Positions 1 to 10,994 of a stretch of DNA of 64,000 nucleotides are shown here, one piece after another. The stretch comes from Chiloscyllium plagiosum (lineage: Eukaryota): positions 747,029 through 811,028 of the forward strand of contig NC_057758.1 in NCBI RefSeq assembly GCF_004010195.1, written 5' to 3'. The stretch's first letter is position 1; each line of letters begins with the position of its first letter. Both the position numbers and the translations under genes were made by a program. The notes under the pieces are model-generated. The model worked only from the letters and a program-made list of their open reading frames with translations. It made no database searches and had not been told where the DNA came from.

Positions 1-240
1 GTCCTGCTTGTATAGGTCCCACCTTCCCCAGAATGCAGTCCAATTGTCCAAATATCTGAAGCCCTCCCTCCTACACCATCCTTGCAGCCACGTGTTCAAC
101 TGCACTCTCTCCCTATTCCTTGCCTCACTGTCACGTGGCACCGGCAACAACCCAGAGATGACGACTCTGTCCGTCCTACCTTTTAGCTTCCAGCCTAACT
201 CCCTGAGCTCCTGAATGACCTCCCCACCCCTCTTCTGCCT
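1..240 (-). mobile_element. CR1/HER1 LINE ORF1 (esterase/SGNH-like) fragment
   Basis: Reverse complement matches the ORF1 copy at 39380-39600 (RVVISGLLPVPR...QLNTWLQGWCRREGFRYLDNW). Confidence 0.8.
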
Positions 241-489
241 AATTTGTCTATGGACAGATTAATTTCCAACTGGCAATTCTTCACACACATCTTGAACTGA
301 TTTATTTCCCATTGTATACTTTCACAAACGTATGCACGATTCACAAATGTACAGATGTCTGAACCATCTGCTAACTTACTACCCGAAACATTTACATTTC
401 CATCTTAGTCATCACAAACAGCAGGGATCGCAGCACAGATCACGGCGCCAGATAAAATCTCTTCTATCATTACTCTGTCATGTGGGCAA

Positions 490-990
490 GCCAATTATGA
501 ATCCATGCGTCTTAATATGCTGGATGAGGTTCCAATGAGAGGTTGTGTCGATAACCTTAGTAAAATCTATGTAGACAACATCTCCTGCTATGATCTCATC
601 GATGACCACGTCCTCACGACCTCGAGAAATTCAATCAAGTTAGTAAGAGATTACCTGACCCACACAGAGCCACGTTGAATATCCCTAATTAAGTCATGCT
701 TTTCCAAATGCATTTAAATCCAACCCATAAAAGTTCACTCGAACCGGGTCACAACCACTGATATGGGGCTCACTGGTCTATAGATTTTCTGGGTTTTTTT
801 TCCAATTCGGGAACAGCACAACGACTCCAGCTACCTCGTAAGTCCTCTGGGATCGCTCCATTGGCTGCTGTGGAGACAAATACCTTGGTCAACCTCCTGC
901 TTTGCGTTTCTCATAAATTGGGATGGATAGTATTCAGGCATGGGCACTAATCCAAGTTGATGCTCTTCAAGAGACCAAAGCTACTTCTTT
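490..990 (-). mobile_element. Degenerate CR1 LINE RT fragment
   Basis: Diverged similarity to the RT region of the neighbouring LINE (2100-2600). Confidence 0.6.
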
Positions 991-994
991 AAAA

Positions 995-3900
995 TAGAAC
1001 ATAGAACAGAGAATTGTACAGCACAGTACAGGCCCTTCGGCCCTCGATCTAATGCCGACCTGTGTAATTAATCTGATTCCCATCTAACCTACACCATTCT
1101 ATTATTAGCCATACGTATTTCCAATGCCCATATAAATGCCCTTAACGTCGGCGAGTCTACTAGTGTTTCAGGAAGTCCGTTCCTCACCTCTACTCCTCTC
1201 TGAGTACAGAAACTACCCAGGATATCTGTCCTAAATCTCCCACCACCCAATTTAAACATATTTCTCCTCGTGTTAGCTTTCATCATTCAAGGAAGAAGAC
1301 GCTTACTGCTCACCCTATCTAACCCTCAGATTATCTTATATGACTCGATTAAGTCCCCTTTCAACCTTCTTAGTTCCAATGAAAAGAACCTCAATTCCAA
1401 CAGCCTTGCCTCGTAAGACATTCCTTCCACACCGGGCAACATCCGAGTAAATCTCAGAACCCTTTCTAAAACTTCCACATACTTTCTGCAATGCAGAGAC
1501 CAGAACTGTATGCAATATGCCAGGTGCGACCTTACCAGTGTTTTGAAAAACTGAAGCATGACCTCGTGGCTATGAAACTCAATCCCCTTACCATTCAACG
1601 CCTACACACCATATCCCCTCTTAACCACCCTATCAACCTGAGTAGCAACATGCAGGGATTTATGCATCTGGACACCGAGATCCCTCTGTTCATTGACACT
1701 ATCAAGAACTGTGCCATTCGCACAGGACTCTGCATTCCTGTCACTTCATCAGAAATGAAATACCTCACACTACCTCCGCATTAAACACCATTTAGCATTT
1801 CTCAGCCCAACTCTGCATCTCATCTACGTCTCTCTGTAACCAACAAAGTCCTCCAGCACTATCAACAGTTCTGCGTATCTTCGTGCCCTCCACAAATTTA
1901 CTTACCCATTCTTCTACGCCCACCTCAGATCATTTATTAAAATGACAAACAGCAGAGCCCCAAAACCGATCCTTGCGGCACACCACCGGTAAGTGAGCTC
2001 CAGGATGAACATTTCGCAACAACCACCACACTCTGTCTTCTCTCATCTGGCCAATTTCTGATCCAAACCGCTAAATCACCTTCAATCCCGAAACTCCGTA
2101 TTTTATGCAACAGCCTTCCGTGTGGAACCTTATCAAAGGCCTTACTGAAGTCCATATATACCACATCAACTGCATTACCTTCATCCACCTGTTTTGTCAC
2201 CTGCTCGAAGAACTCAATAAGGTAGGTTAGGCACAACCTATCCTTCACAAAACCGTGTTGACTATCCCTAATCAAGTTATTCCTTTCCAGATTATTATAA
2301 ATCCGTTCTCTTATAACATTTTCCAACACTTTACCCACAACCGAAGTAAAGCTCACTGGCCTATAATTTGCAAGGTTATCCTGACTCACCTTCTTAAACA
2401 AGGAAACAACTTTTGCTATCCTCCAGTCTTCTGGTACTGATCCTGTCATCAATGATGACATAAAGCTCAAAACCAAAGGCTCTGCAATCACTGCCTTGGC
2501 TTCCCAGAGAATCCGGGGGTGAATCCCATACGGCCAAGGGGACTTATCCATTTTCAGATCTTCCAGAACGTCGAAAATCCCCTCTTTGTCAACCACAATC
2601 CCATCTGATCTAGTACCCGGTGTCTCCGTAATCTTACTAACGTTGCCCTTCATCAATGTGAATAGTGACAGAAAGTATTCAATAAACACTTCCCCTATGT
2701 CCTCGAATTCCACACACAACATCCTACGACTGTCTTTGATTGTCCCTAATCTTACTCCAGTCATTCTTTTATTCCTGATATACCTATATAAGGTCTTAGG
2801 GTTTTCCTTGATCCTGTCCACCAACAACGTCTCTTGTCCCTTCCTGGAACTTCTTTGTACAATCTTAAACTCTTTTCTTGCTAACTTATAACTCACAAGC
2901 TCCCTAACTGAGCCTTCACGCCTCATCCTCATATAAGATTTCTTATTTCTCTTGACAAGAAGTTCAACTTCTTCAGTAAACCTCTCTCGACAACTGCCGT
3001 CCTGCCTGATACATATATAGTTATCAAGGTCTCGCAGTAGCTCGTTCTTGAATAAGCTCCACATTTCTAGTGTGTCCATGCCCTGCAGTTTCCTTTCCCA
3101 TGCTATGCTTCCAAAATCGTATCATAATTTCCCCCATTTATACGTCTTTCCTTGTGTGAAATACATATCCCTGCACAATGTTACTGTAAATGAACCGAAT
3201 TGTGGTCACTATCGCCAAAGTGCTCACCTCCTTCTAAATCTAACACCTGACCAGGTACATTCCCCAGTACCAAATCCAAAATGACATCGCCGGTTGATGG
3301 CCTTTCTACATACTGTGACAGAAACCCTCCAGCACGTATTGAACAAACACTGACCCATCTAAACTACTTGAGCTATATTATTCCCAGTCAATATTGGGTG
3401 AGTTAAACTCCCCCATAACATCTTTCCTGTCACTATCGCTCCTGTCATCAATCATCTTTGCTATCCTTTCCTCTGCATTCCTGGAACAATTCGAAGGCCG
3501 ATAGAAAATTCGCAAAAGGGTGACCTCTCCTTTCCTGTTTCTAACCTCGGCTCAAATTACCTCAGTTGATAAGTCCTCAAATGTTATCTCAGCTGCTGTA
3601 ATACTACCTATTAATTAACAATGCCACTACCCGCCTCCGACCTTTTTCCACCTTCTGTGTTCTTACTGAAGCATCTAAAACCTGGAATCTGCAAAAACCA
3701 TTGCAGTTCCTTCACTTGTCGTGTCTCTGAAATGGCCACAACATCGAAATCCCACATACCAACCCATGCTGCAAGTTCACTCGCCTTTTTCCACATGCTC
3801 CTGGTATTGAAATATACACTATTCAAAATAACATCCTGTGCCCTCTCGCGAGCTTGTAAACTTATCCCTGACCTCACTACCCTCAACCTCCTATACACTG

Positions 3901-4350
3901 CAACTATAATTCATGTTTCCATCCCCTTGATGCTTTTGTTTCAACCGTCCAGAACAGCATTAGCAAATTCGCATCAGCCCGTCCAGGATAGCGATAACCC
4001 TCTGGTTCAGTTGAAGACAATCCTGTTTGCAGGTGCTCCAATTATCCAACATCCAAAACTCTCTCTCCTACACCATCCTTGAACGACGTGTTCAGCTCCA
4101 CTCTCTCCCTGTTCCTCGCCTTAGTAGCAAGTGGCACGGACAACAAACCAAAGATAACAACTCTGTTTGTTCTAGCTCCAGGCTTCCACTATAGCTCCCT
4201 GAATTTCTGCCTGAGATCCACATTTCTTTTCCTATCTATGTCGTTGGTGCCTATGTGGACCACGATTTGAGGCTGCTCTCCCTCCATCTCAAGCATCCCA
4301 AAAAAAAAAAAAATCCGCAGACGTCACGAACCCTGGCACCTGGGAGGCAA
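995..4350 (-). mobile_element. Near full-length degenerate CR1/HER1 LINE (ORF1 fragment, APE endonuclease, RT, 3' tail)
   Basis: ORF 1937-3079 has RT motifs (NYRPVS, SQHGFV, YMDFSKAFDKVPH, GVPQGSVLG). ORF 3611-3898 has the APE start (YFNTRSM..DVVAISET). The 3' tail with ATAGAAC repeats is at ~995-1050. Frameshifts and stops are present. Confidence 0.92.
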
Positions 4351-4429
4351 CACAGCCAAACTGTGGTGCTGAAAAAACCACGCAGGTCATGCAGCACCCA
4401 TGGATCAGGAGAGTCCACGTTATGACAAC

Positions 4430-5440
4430 CGTGTTAGTATTGCATTTTTTTCCCAAGACCAGCCTACGTATTTTTTCTTCAATGTCTCAATGACCGTTTG
4501 GAGGCCTACTGTATAATCCGATCAGATCGATTGCATCCATTTTATTTCTGAGCTCGATCCGTACTCTCTCAGTGGATGTGCGAGTAGATGTGGCTTTCGC
4601 CCTGATTGGCAATCTAACTCGTTTAACTCTCGCTCTAATTCGTCTAAACAAGGAAACACTGGAAAGTGAATTCCACCCCGACCTCGCTTAAGTCTCTGCC
4701 ATGTCCATAAAATCATAGTCCCTTGTATTGATTCAGTATCAAAGCTCTTCCGCCTTACTTTTAATGCTCTTTGCTATGAAATAAACAAACTTCAATTCAT
4801 CAGCACCACCGTATTCATTTACCTGACATGTAATCCTTTCTTTCTGGCTTTCTGGTCTTAACATCTACCTTCCCCTCAATCCCTTCCACAATCTAACCCT
4901 AACCCCAACCCTAACTCGGCAAAAGGGAGGCAACACATTAATTTGGAGTCTTGAATGCGGCCACGGAAGCATCTGTCTTTTTCCCGAACTAGCGGGTTTT
5001 CTACCACTGTTGGTTGCTTGGAACTAGCCTGCTCCTGTTCTCCAACAGAGCCACTGTCGTGCCACAGGCCTGGTTGCTGCTGTTAGCCTCTCCCAAGAGG
5101 CTAACACCCCAAAAGTATCCAAAACGGAATACCTGTTAGAGAAGGGATTAACAATTGAAGATTCCTGCACTACCTGCCTGCCTCTCCTGGCAGTCGCCGA
5201 TCTATCTGACTAAACGTGTGTTGTGACCAAACCCTTGTAACTGATTTCTAGCACTCTGTCTCCCCCTTTATGCCCGTCAGTTTAGCCAACTCCCTCTGCA
5301 AACGAATGACATCGTATGTGAGGAGCTGCAGCCGGTTAGACTTCCTGCAGGCATACTTGACTGGGACACTAGACTGCTCCATGATCTTCCACTTCTGGTA
5401 ACAGGACCACAACACTGCCCGAACTGCCACCTTGACCCTT
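4430..5440 (-). mobile_element. Older CR1 LINE fragments (APE and ORF1 region)
   Basis: Diverged similarity to the APE/ORF1 segments of other CR1 copies in the window. Confidence 0.55.
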
Positions 5441-5445
5441 TACGC

Positions 5446-6013
5446 TGTGATGAGGCTATTCATTTTATAAGGTTGGGTTGGCCCTGGTTTTGCTTTTCAA
5501 GTGTGTTTTACGACTAAGACTCCGAAACGTGGGGTGATCTATGTTAAGGCAAGCTGAAGAAAACACTTGGAGTGGCCAGTTTTCACAGCTCAGCTTGTCT
5601 CTAGTTTAGTTGTTTTGTTTAGCAGTCTGGCTGTTCAGAAAAAGCAATCAGTCAGCTTTAAGCAGCGGTTCAAAGAAACAACTACATGGAGCAATGTTCC
5701 CCTTGCTGAATCTCTCTGCCATCTCTCTCACTGACATTTCCCCTATTAGACAATGTTATTGATTTTACCTTTTTGTGCCAATTAGTTCGGATAGTGTGTT
5801 CAGTTTTTGGATAGGTTAAGTTATTGCATATTCTATTCTCTTTTGTTTGTATTAATGCGTTAATCTTGCAAATTAATTCTGTGTTTTTCAAACTAAGTGG
5901 TTACACCAGCTGCGTCACTCCTGGAATGTCCACGAGACACCTGCTTAAAACAACTAGAAAAATTAGGGTCCGAGCCACTTTCATAAATTTTTTGAGGGAG
6001 TCTGAACATAACA
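5446..6013 (+). mobile_element. Solo LTR of a Gypsy-type retrotransposon
   Basis: TGTGATG...CATAACA termini with 4-bp flanks ACGC/ACCC (one mismatch). Homologous to 21105-21505 and, in reverse, to the LTR at 46220-46808 that precedes a gag-like sequence. Confidence 0.75.
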
Positions 6014-6194
6014 ACCCCGATAAAAGTTAAAAAGAAAACTTGCCTTGCCTGTACCTTTCTCGACCTAATCACTGAAGCCCAGTATTCACATAAGCCCACA
6101 CCGTTATCAGCCAGGAGCACTGGCTAACAGCCTAACCACTGCACAGCTGCTCCATTCAATTTATTTTGTTAGCAAATTCCAATTAAAAGGTTCC

Positions 6195-6760
6195 TTAAAT
6201 TGCAGTGCAAGTTTTACAAACAGACCAAGTATCTTCTACCTTACCAAATAATTCCCAACAGCCTTTTTCAATCCTTCTTTCCTCCTCCGTTTTGATTCGA
6301 GTAAAAGGAAAGAATGGAAACACTACGGTAATGTAAGACTTGGGTGATTTACCGTTACCTGATTTTGGATTTTTGGTCGGTCCGCTTTCAGTTCTGTCGA
6401 ATATGCCGTCGTCTCCAAGAATGCTCCTCAGAAAGGTCTCTCTGCTGCCTTCTATTGGATGTTCTTCCTGCCTGTTCGGCGGTGAGAAGGGAGTTGGGGG
6501 AGTGCTTTCTTTCAGGGTCTGCTCTTCACTCGTAGTAACTGAGCCCACTTCTCTCACAATGCTCGTCAATGAAGTCTCTTTTCCATTTAGTGAATGCTCT
6601 TCCTCTTGCCTAGCGTGTTGGTGGTGATGGTGATTTGAAGGCGTGGGGAGACTGTTTATTCTTCACTCCGCTGATCAGCAGTGGTGATTGAGCTGAATTC
6701 TCCAAGGATGCTCCTCTCTCTACCAACTTGTATTGGATTGCCACATTCTTTATATCTGGA
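6195..6760 (-). other. Unique exon-like ORF with an internal repeat, family unknown, possibly frameshifted
   Basis: Open frame ~6195-6660 contains two similar blocks (RQEEEHSLNGKETSLTSIV / RQEEHPIEGSRETFLRSIL). A second frame is open at 6610-6810. AATAAA lies at 6160-6165 just after the stop, and there is an alternative donor G|GTAAG at ~6245. Confidence 0.3.
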
Positions 6761-7229
6761 CTACATTGTATCTGCCACTGACCCGTCCATCTGACCAGTC
6801 TCATGTGCAATATATATCATCCTCGTCTAAGAATATGCCACTCACTATTTATCGGTTCACTAAATTTTGTATTGCATGCAAGCCTGTTGACCTACTCGCC
6901 TACTTTACATTCTAAATCATTTTCGAAACCCCAGCGTATCAGTCCCCAAAACCGACCCCTGATGGACCACAGTGGACATGGGCCCAATTGGAAAAAACAT
7001 CCCGTTCACTATCACACTCTGCCTCCTGCACTCAACCAGTGCTGCAGCAAATTTATGTTCTTTTCTTGGATCACATGGACCCGTTCCTTTGCTAACTTTG
7101 TCCCTTGCAAAACCTTGCTGAAGTTAAAGTAGACTTCATCAAACACATTGCCCTCAATCGTGCACCTTGGTACCTCTTCGATAAGTTGAGGAATGACCCC
7201 GAATTAAAGAACTTAGGTTGAGCGGTATT

Positions 7230-8240
7230 GAATAATTCCGAGTTGATAAAGTTTGGCAGTGGAAAAAGACACAGCAGGTCAGACAGCATCTGAGGAACAA
7301 TAGAGTTGACAATTCGAACATAACCCTTCCTCGTGACGTGGGACGGGACCGTGGGCATGGAAATAAATAGCGGGGTGGGCTGGAGAACAGTAGATGGGAT
7401 TATGAAAGCTCAGTGAAGGAAGGAAGTTATGGTAATAGGACAATAGGAAATGTGGAGCAGAGAGGTGGAAAGGAAGATAAACGGGTTGCCTCAGGTCAAG
7501 AGGGCAGAGCTGAGTCGGAGAGTTGGATGGGGTGGGAAGATTTGGAAACTGGTGAATTCAGTGTCCATTGTCATGTGGTTATAGGTTAATGAGGGGAATT
7601 GAGGTGTTGCTCCTCCAGTTTGTGGTTGGCCTTGCGAAAGCGGTGGTTGAGGCCCAGAATAGACATGTCATTGGCGAATTGAAATGGGGAGTTCAAGTGG
7701 ATGGCCATTGGAAGGTCGCGTTGGTTGGTGCATATGGACAAGAGATGTTACCAGAACAATTCTGGGAGCTTGCATGCAGTCTGTCTGATGTATAGGAGAC
7801 CATATCGACAGCAACAGATGCAGTACATGAGGTTCAAGCATCTAGAAGAATTTCTCAGTCGGATTTGGAATGATCATATGGGGCCTTGTAATGAATTGAA
7901 GGGGAGGTATGGGCGCAGACTTCCGCTTCCACCATCTCTTATGGTGGAAGCGGAATGTGCCAGGTGTGTAGAGAGGTGTTGGTTGGGAATGTGAACCTAA
8001 CGAGGGAATTGCAGAGGAATTTATCACCAAGGAATGTAGATGGCGTGGAGAGGGAAATGTATTTTTAGTGATGGGGTCTGTCTACCTGTGATGGAAAATG
8101 GCGAAGGCTGATATTCTTGAATTGCAGTGTGGTGCAGCACAATGCGAAAAACAGGGGGATTTTATCCCTTCTGGATTTGGGGGTGTGAGGTTCAAGGGCA
8201 GAAGTGCAGAAAATGGAGGAGAAGCGATTGAGGGCACTGT
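7230..8240 (-). mobile_element. Penelope-like element fragment (GIY-YIG endonuclease region and 3' end)
   Basis: Minus strand ~7760-7826 reads YCICCCRYGLLYIRQT, a degenerate GIY-YIG motif. A decayed terminal hammerhead-like motif lies near 7300-7335. Confidence 0.65.
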
Positions 8241-8740
8241 TGATCAGATTAATTTGATTGTTCAGAATTGTTTCCAATTGTTTCACAAACACGGGCATTG
8301 GACAGATTGGCCCGTATTTTCACGCTTTGTTCCTTACTTCCTTTTTCAATAACGGTAGCACATTGACTGGCCAGAGAGGACTTGAATGTTTGTGCAAGTG
8401 ACCTTGCTATTGTCTCCCTTGCCTCACTTAAACAACAAGGATACATTTCATCTGTCTCTTGTGATTTATCTACACACTGTTCAGACGTTACTTCCTCCCT
8501 ATGCTAATTTTTAAATGCATATACTACCCCAGACCTTCATCTGTTTCCAAACATTGTTTTTGCCTCCGACACTAACACATTTAGCACTCTACCAACATCC
8601 ATTGGTTCCATGCACGAACTGCCATTGTCGTGTCAAAGCCTCATTCTTTCCCTTTTATCGGTTTTGCTTTAATGAGTCTGTAAAGAAAGTTAGGATGTTC
8701 CTTTAATTGACCTAGCAACATCGTAAAAGAAAATATTTCA
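8240..8740 (-). mobile_element. Degenerate CR1 LINE fragment
   Basis: Similarity to the RT N-terminal region (MYPCCLSEARETIARSLAQTFKSSL). Confidence 0.55.
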
Positions 8741-8778
8741 GTCACCACCTCTCCGTTTTGTATTCCATTTTGCACATC

Positions 8779-9430
8779 CTAAACTTGTTGAGCTGTTCTT
8801 CTGTTTTGTGTGAAAACTGAGCTGTGACGATCACACGTTTCTTCCACATTTGAGCTTGCGTGCATTTCTTTGAAAGAGATGCACCAGGGTGGACCCTCAT
8901 CCCCGAGGTGTGTCTGCTGCTGCTCCTGACATCGCTTCCTGTACTTTTCATTGTTCCAAGTTTTTTTTTCCAGATTGACGTTCATGGGAGATTGAGGGAT
9001 GTACGGGTACAAGAGGGCACAGATTGTGTCGAAGTGCAATTCTATTGGCCCGCAGCGCCTCACAGAGGCGCAGATGTGAACTGCCCTCTTCTGAAACCAC
9101 ACCATGTGGGAAAATGGCATTACCACAGTATATGCTGGACAGACATCTTCGCTTGAAGACAGCAGTTACCTTCACAATTCCCTTTTGGAGTTCATTGGCG
9201 CTGATACTGTCTGAATGACGTAGATTTTGAAGAGGGATGTAAATTAGGTTTGTCACTTCTGTTGGCTTCCACGATTAGCCTCTACCCTGGCGGCTACACT
9301 CATGTTCTCTGTCAGTCGTCCAGCTATTGACACTCTCCTGTCGATTTGCAGTCACCTTTACTGATCAGAGGGAGTTCAGAAGGATGGTGGCAATGAACAA
9401 AGAAGGTTCCCCTTCATGGAATTTCCTCAT
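8779..9430 (-). pseudogene. Candidate three-exon gene Y of unknown family (exons 9430-9286, 9210-9170, 9090-8779) with one in-frame TGA
   Basis: GT-AG introns of 75 and 79 nt with compatible phases (1, 0). Spliced product: MRKFHEGEPSLFIATILLNSL*SVK...CSRQ|DSISANELQKGIVK|KRAVHIC...RKRCQEQQQTHL...QQV*. GATAAAA lies upstream (~9487-9493) and ATTAAA downstream (8702-8707). Similar to candidate X at 14753-19851. Confidence 0.35.
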
Positions 9431-9904
9431 TGTTGCAGGAGATCAGAGTTCTTTCCTGTCATTCCACTCGTCCACGTCACCACCTATTTTATCCAAGTTC
9501 ACCCTATCGCACAGACCAACTCCCTCTCTGGAGCCTGCATATTCCAAATACACACAACACACTCTGAAGGAGAGGGAAGGTGTATGATGATTATTAATGT
9601 ACCCCATCAATTCCCGTACTGACCATCTACCTATCCATCCTCACTATCCTTACGTAAAGGACGTCGCTCCATAGAGGCACTGTCTTGGTTACGGACAGGG
9701 AAAGTGACATTGTTTCTTCTTCGAGATGGTGCTGACCATCATCGGCTGAGGGCTGGTCTTAAAGGGGTTGGGGTCAGATATTGTTCCAGAAGTATGAAGA
9801 TGGTGGAGGTGCCTCGATCTGATCCTTTCCTGTGTCCCACCTTTGTCCCTTGCGAATACAGCACACTGTCACATACAGGACTCAAAAGCACACAGGCAAT
9901 CTCA

Positions 9905-10010
9905 CTCATGCGTGCATGCACACGCACACGCGCATAAACACACACACACACACATGCATACACTCACAACATCTTCCCCGCCCCTCCCCCCCGCCACACA
10001 CACACAAATC
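9905..10010. repeat. (CA)n-rich microsatellite
   Basis: Visible CA runs; GT-rich on the minus strand just downstream of the defensin-like polyA signal. Confidence 0.8.
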
Positions 10011-10057
10011 AGTGCGATATGACACAAGGACAACAAGTGATGATCAATGCAGCGAAT

Positions 10058-10063
10058 TTTATT
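10058..10063 (-). terminator. Polyadenylation signal AATAAA of the beta-defensin-like gene
   Basis: AATAAA 100 nt after the TGA, followed by a GT-rich tract (TTGTTGTCCTTGTGTC). Confidence 0.6.
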
Positions 10064-10163
10064 TGACTCATTCAGAAAACAGGGTGTCAGGAGTGCAGAA
10101 ACTGGGATGTCAGTAATTGGGCAGTGGGTAGTGGGAGGACACCACAGAGAGCATGTGTCAAGA

Positions 10164-10324
10164 TCAAAGACCCGTCTCGTCGAGGGTCACATCATACTTT
10201 TGGTAACGCCTTTTGCTGCAGCACTTCACTGATTTGATGCAGTTTGTAGAGCGCAACTCCGCGTTTTTCTGGAACAAGGTTATTCTGCAGGTGCCTCCAA
10301 GATCCCAGCAATCCTTGTGTTTAG
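10164..10324 (-). CDS. Beta-defensin-like mature-peptide exon (exon 2) with five of six cysteines
   Basis: Acceptor TTTGATGTTGTACAG|, phase 1. Translates (A)KHKDCWDLGGTCRITLFQKNAELRSTNCIKSVKCCSKRRYQKYDVTLDETGL*, giving C-x6-C-x3-[L]-x11-C-x5-CC with a GxC motif, a loop Glu and basic residues around the CC. Confidence 0.75.
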
Positions 10325-10489
10325 CTGTACAACATCAAATGCGAGTTCGTTCATGGCACTGTTACGGATTTGTGAGATTCAAAACGTGTTCCAATGACGT
10401 TTATTGAAGGGTTGGGGTTAGGAGATAGGAGATAGATAAGGTCGGGAGAATTAACATGAAGAATAGAACTGCATGCAGTGTTCTTGTGT

Positions 10490-10650
10490 GGAGCACTGTG
10501 AGGGATATGGAGAACATAATCATGGAAAGTATACCTAATATTATCTAACTCAGGGATATGGAGTTAGCAGCTGTGGACAGTAGCACTGGTGTGGTCAAAC
10601 TGAGGGAATCGGGACCGGAAATATACACGTTGTTCCAAGTTCTGTCTAAT
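10490..10650 (-). repeat. Short array of the ~50-bp CR1-derived tandem unit
   Basis: Reverse complement CAGTTTGACCACACCAGTGCTACTGTCCACAGCTGCTAACTCCATATCCCT resembles the unit at 18300-19295. Confidence 0.45.
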
Positions 10651-10994
10651 GGTGTATAGTTGGAAACAAAAATCGAATATATGCCAATACAAGTAATGAA
10701 GACTTTTATTGACAGAATTTAATTTAAGGAACGAATGGGAGAATGTGGATATCTCGCAGTGGAAATAGACTGGGGGTGATCAAAGACCAGAGAAGGGGAC
10801 AGCAGTGAGAGGACGGTTGTAAACGTGAAATAAGAATACTGGGATACGACCAGGAGATGCAGTTTGTAGATGCGAAATACGAGGGGACTAAACATAGATA
10901 GTTATAAGAAACACATTGTGTCTGCTCCATTGAAAAGTAAAACGTCGTTGCATTTTCGAACTAGTCAAGAATCAGGTCGAAAGCATTCTGTTTA

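Noticed and set aside
8860..9156. Plus-strand ORF with a signal-like stretch (VCLLLLLTSLPVLF)
   Set aside because: No promoter or splice support on the plus strand; it is antisense to the better supported minus-strand model.
9440..9720. Possible second defensin (VCCVY after an acceptor at ~9564; CHFPCP upstream)
   Set aside because: Upstream Cys spacing does not fit and stops intervene.
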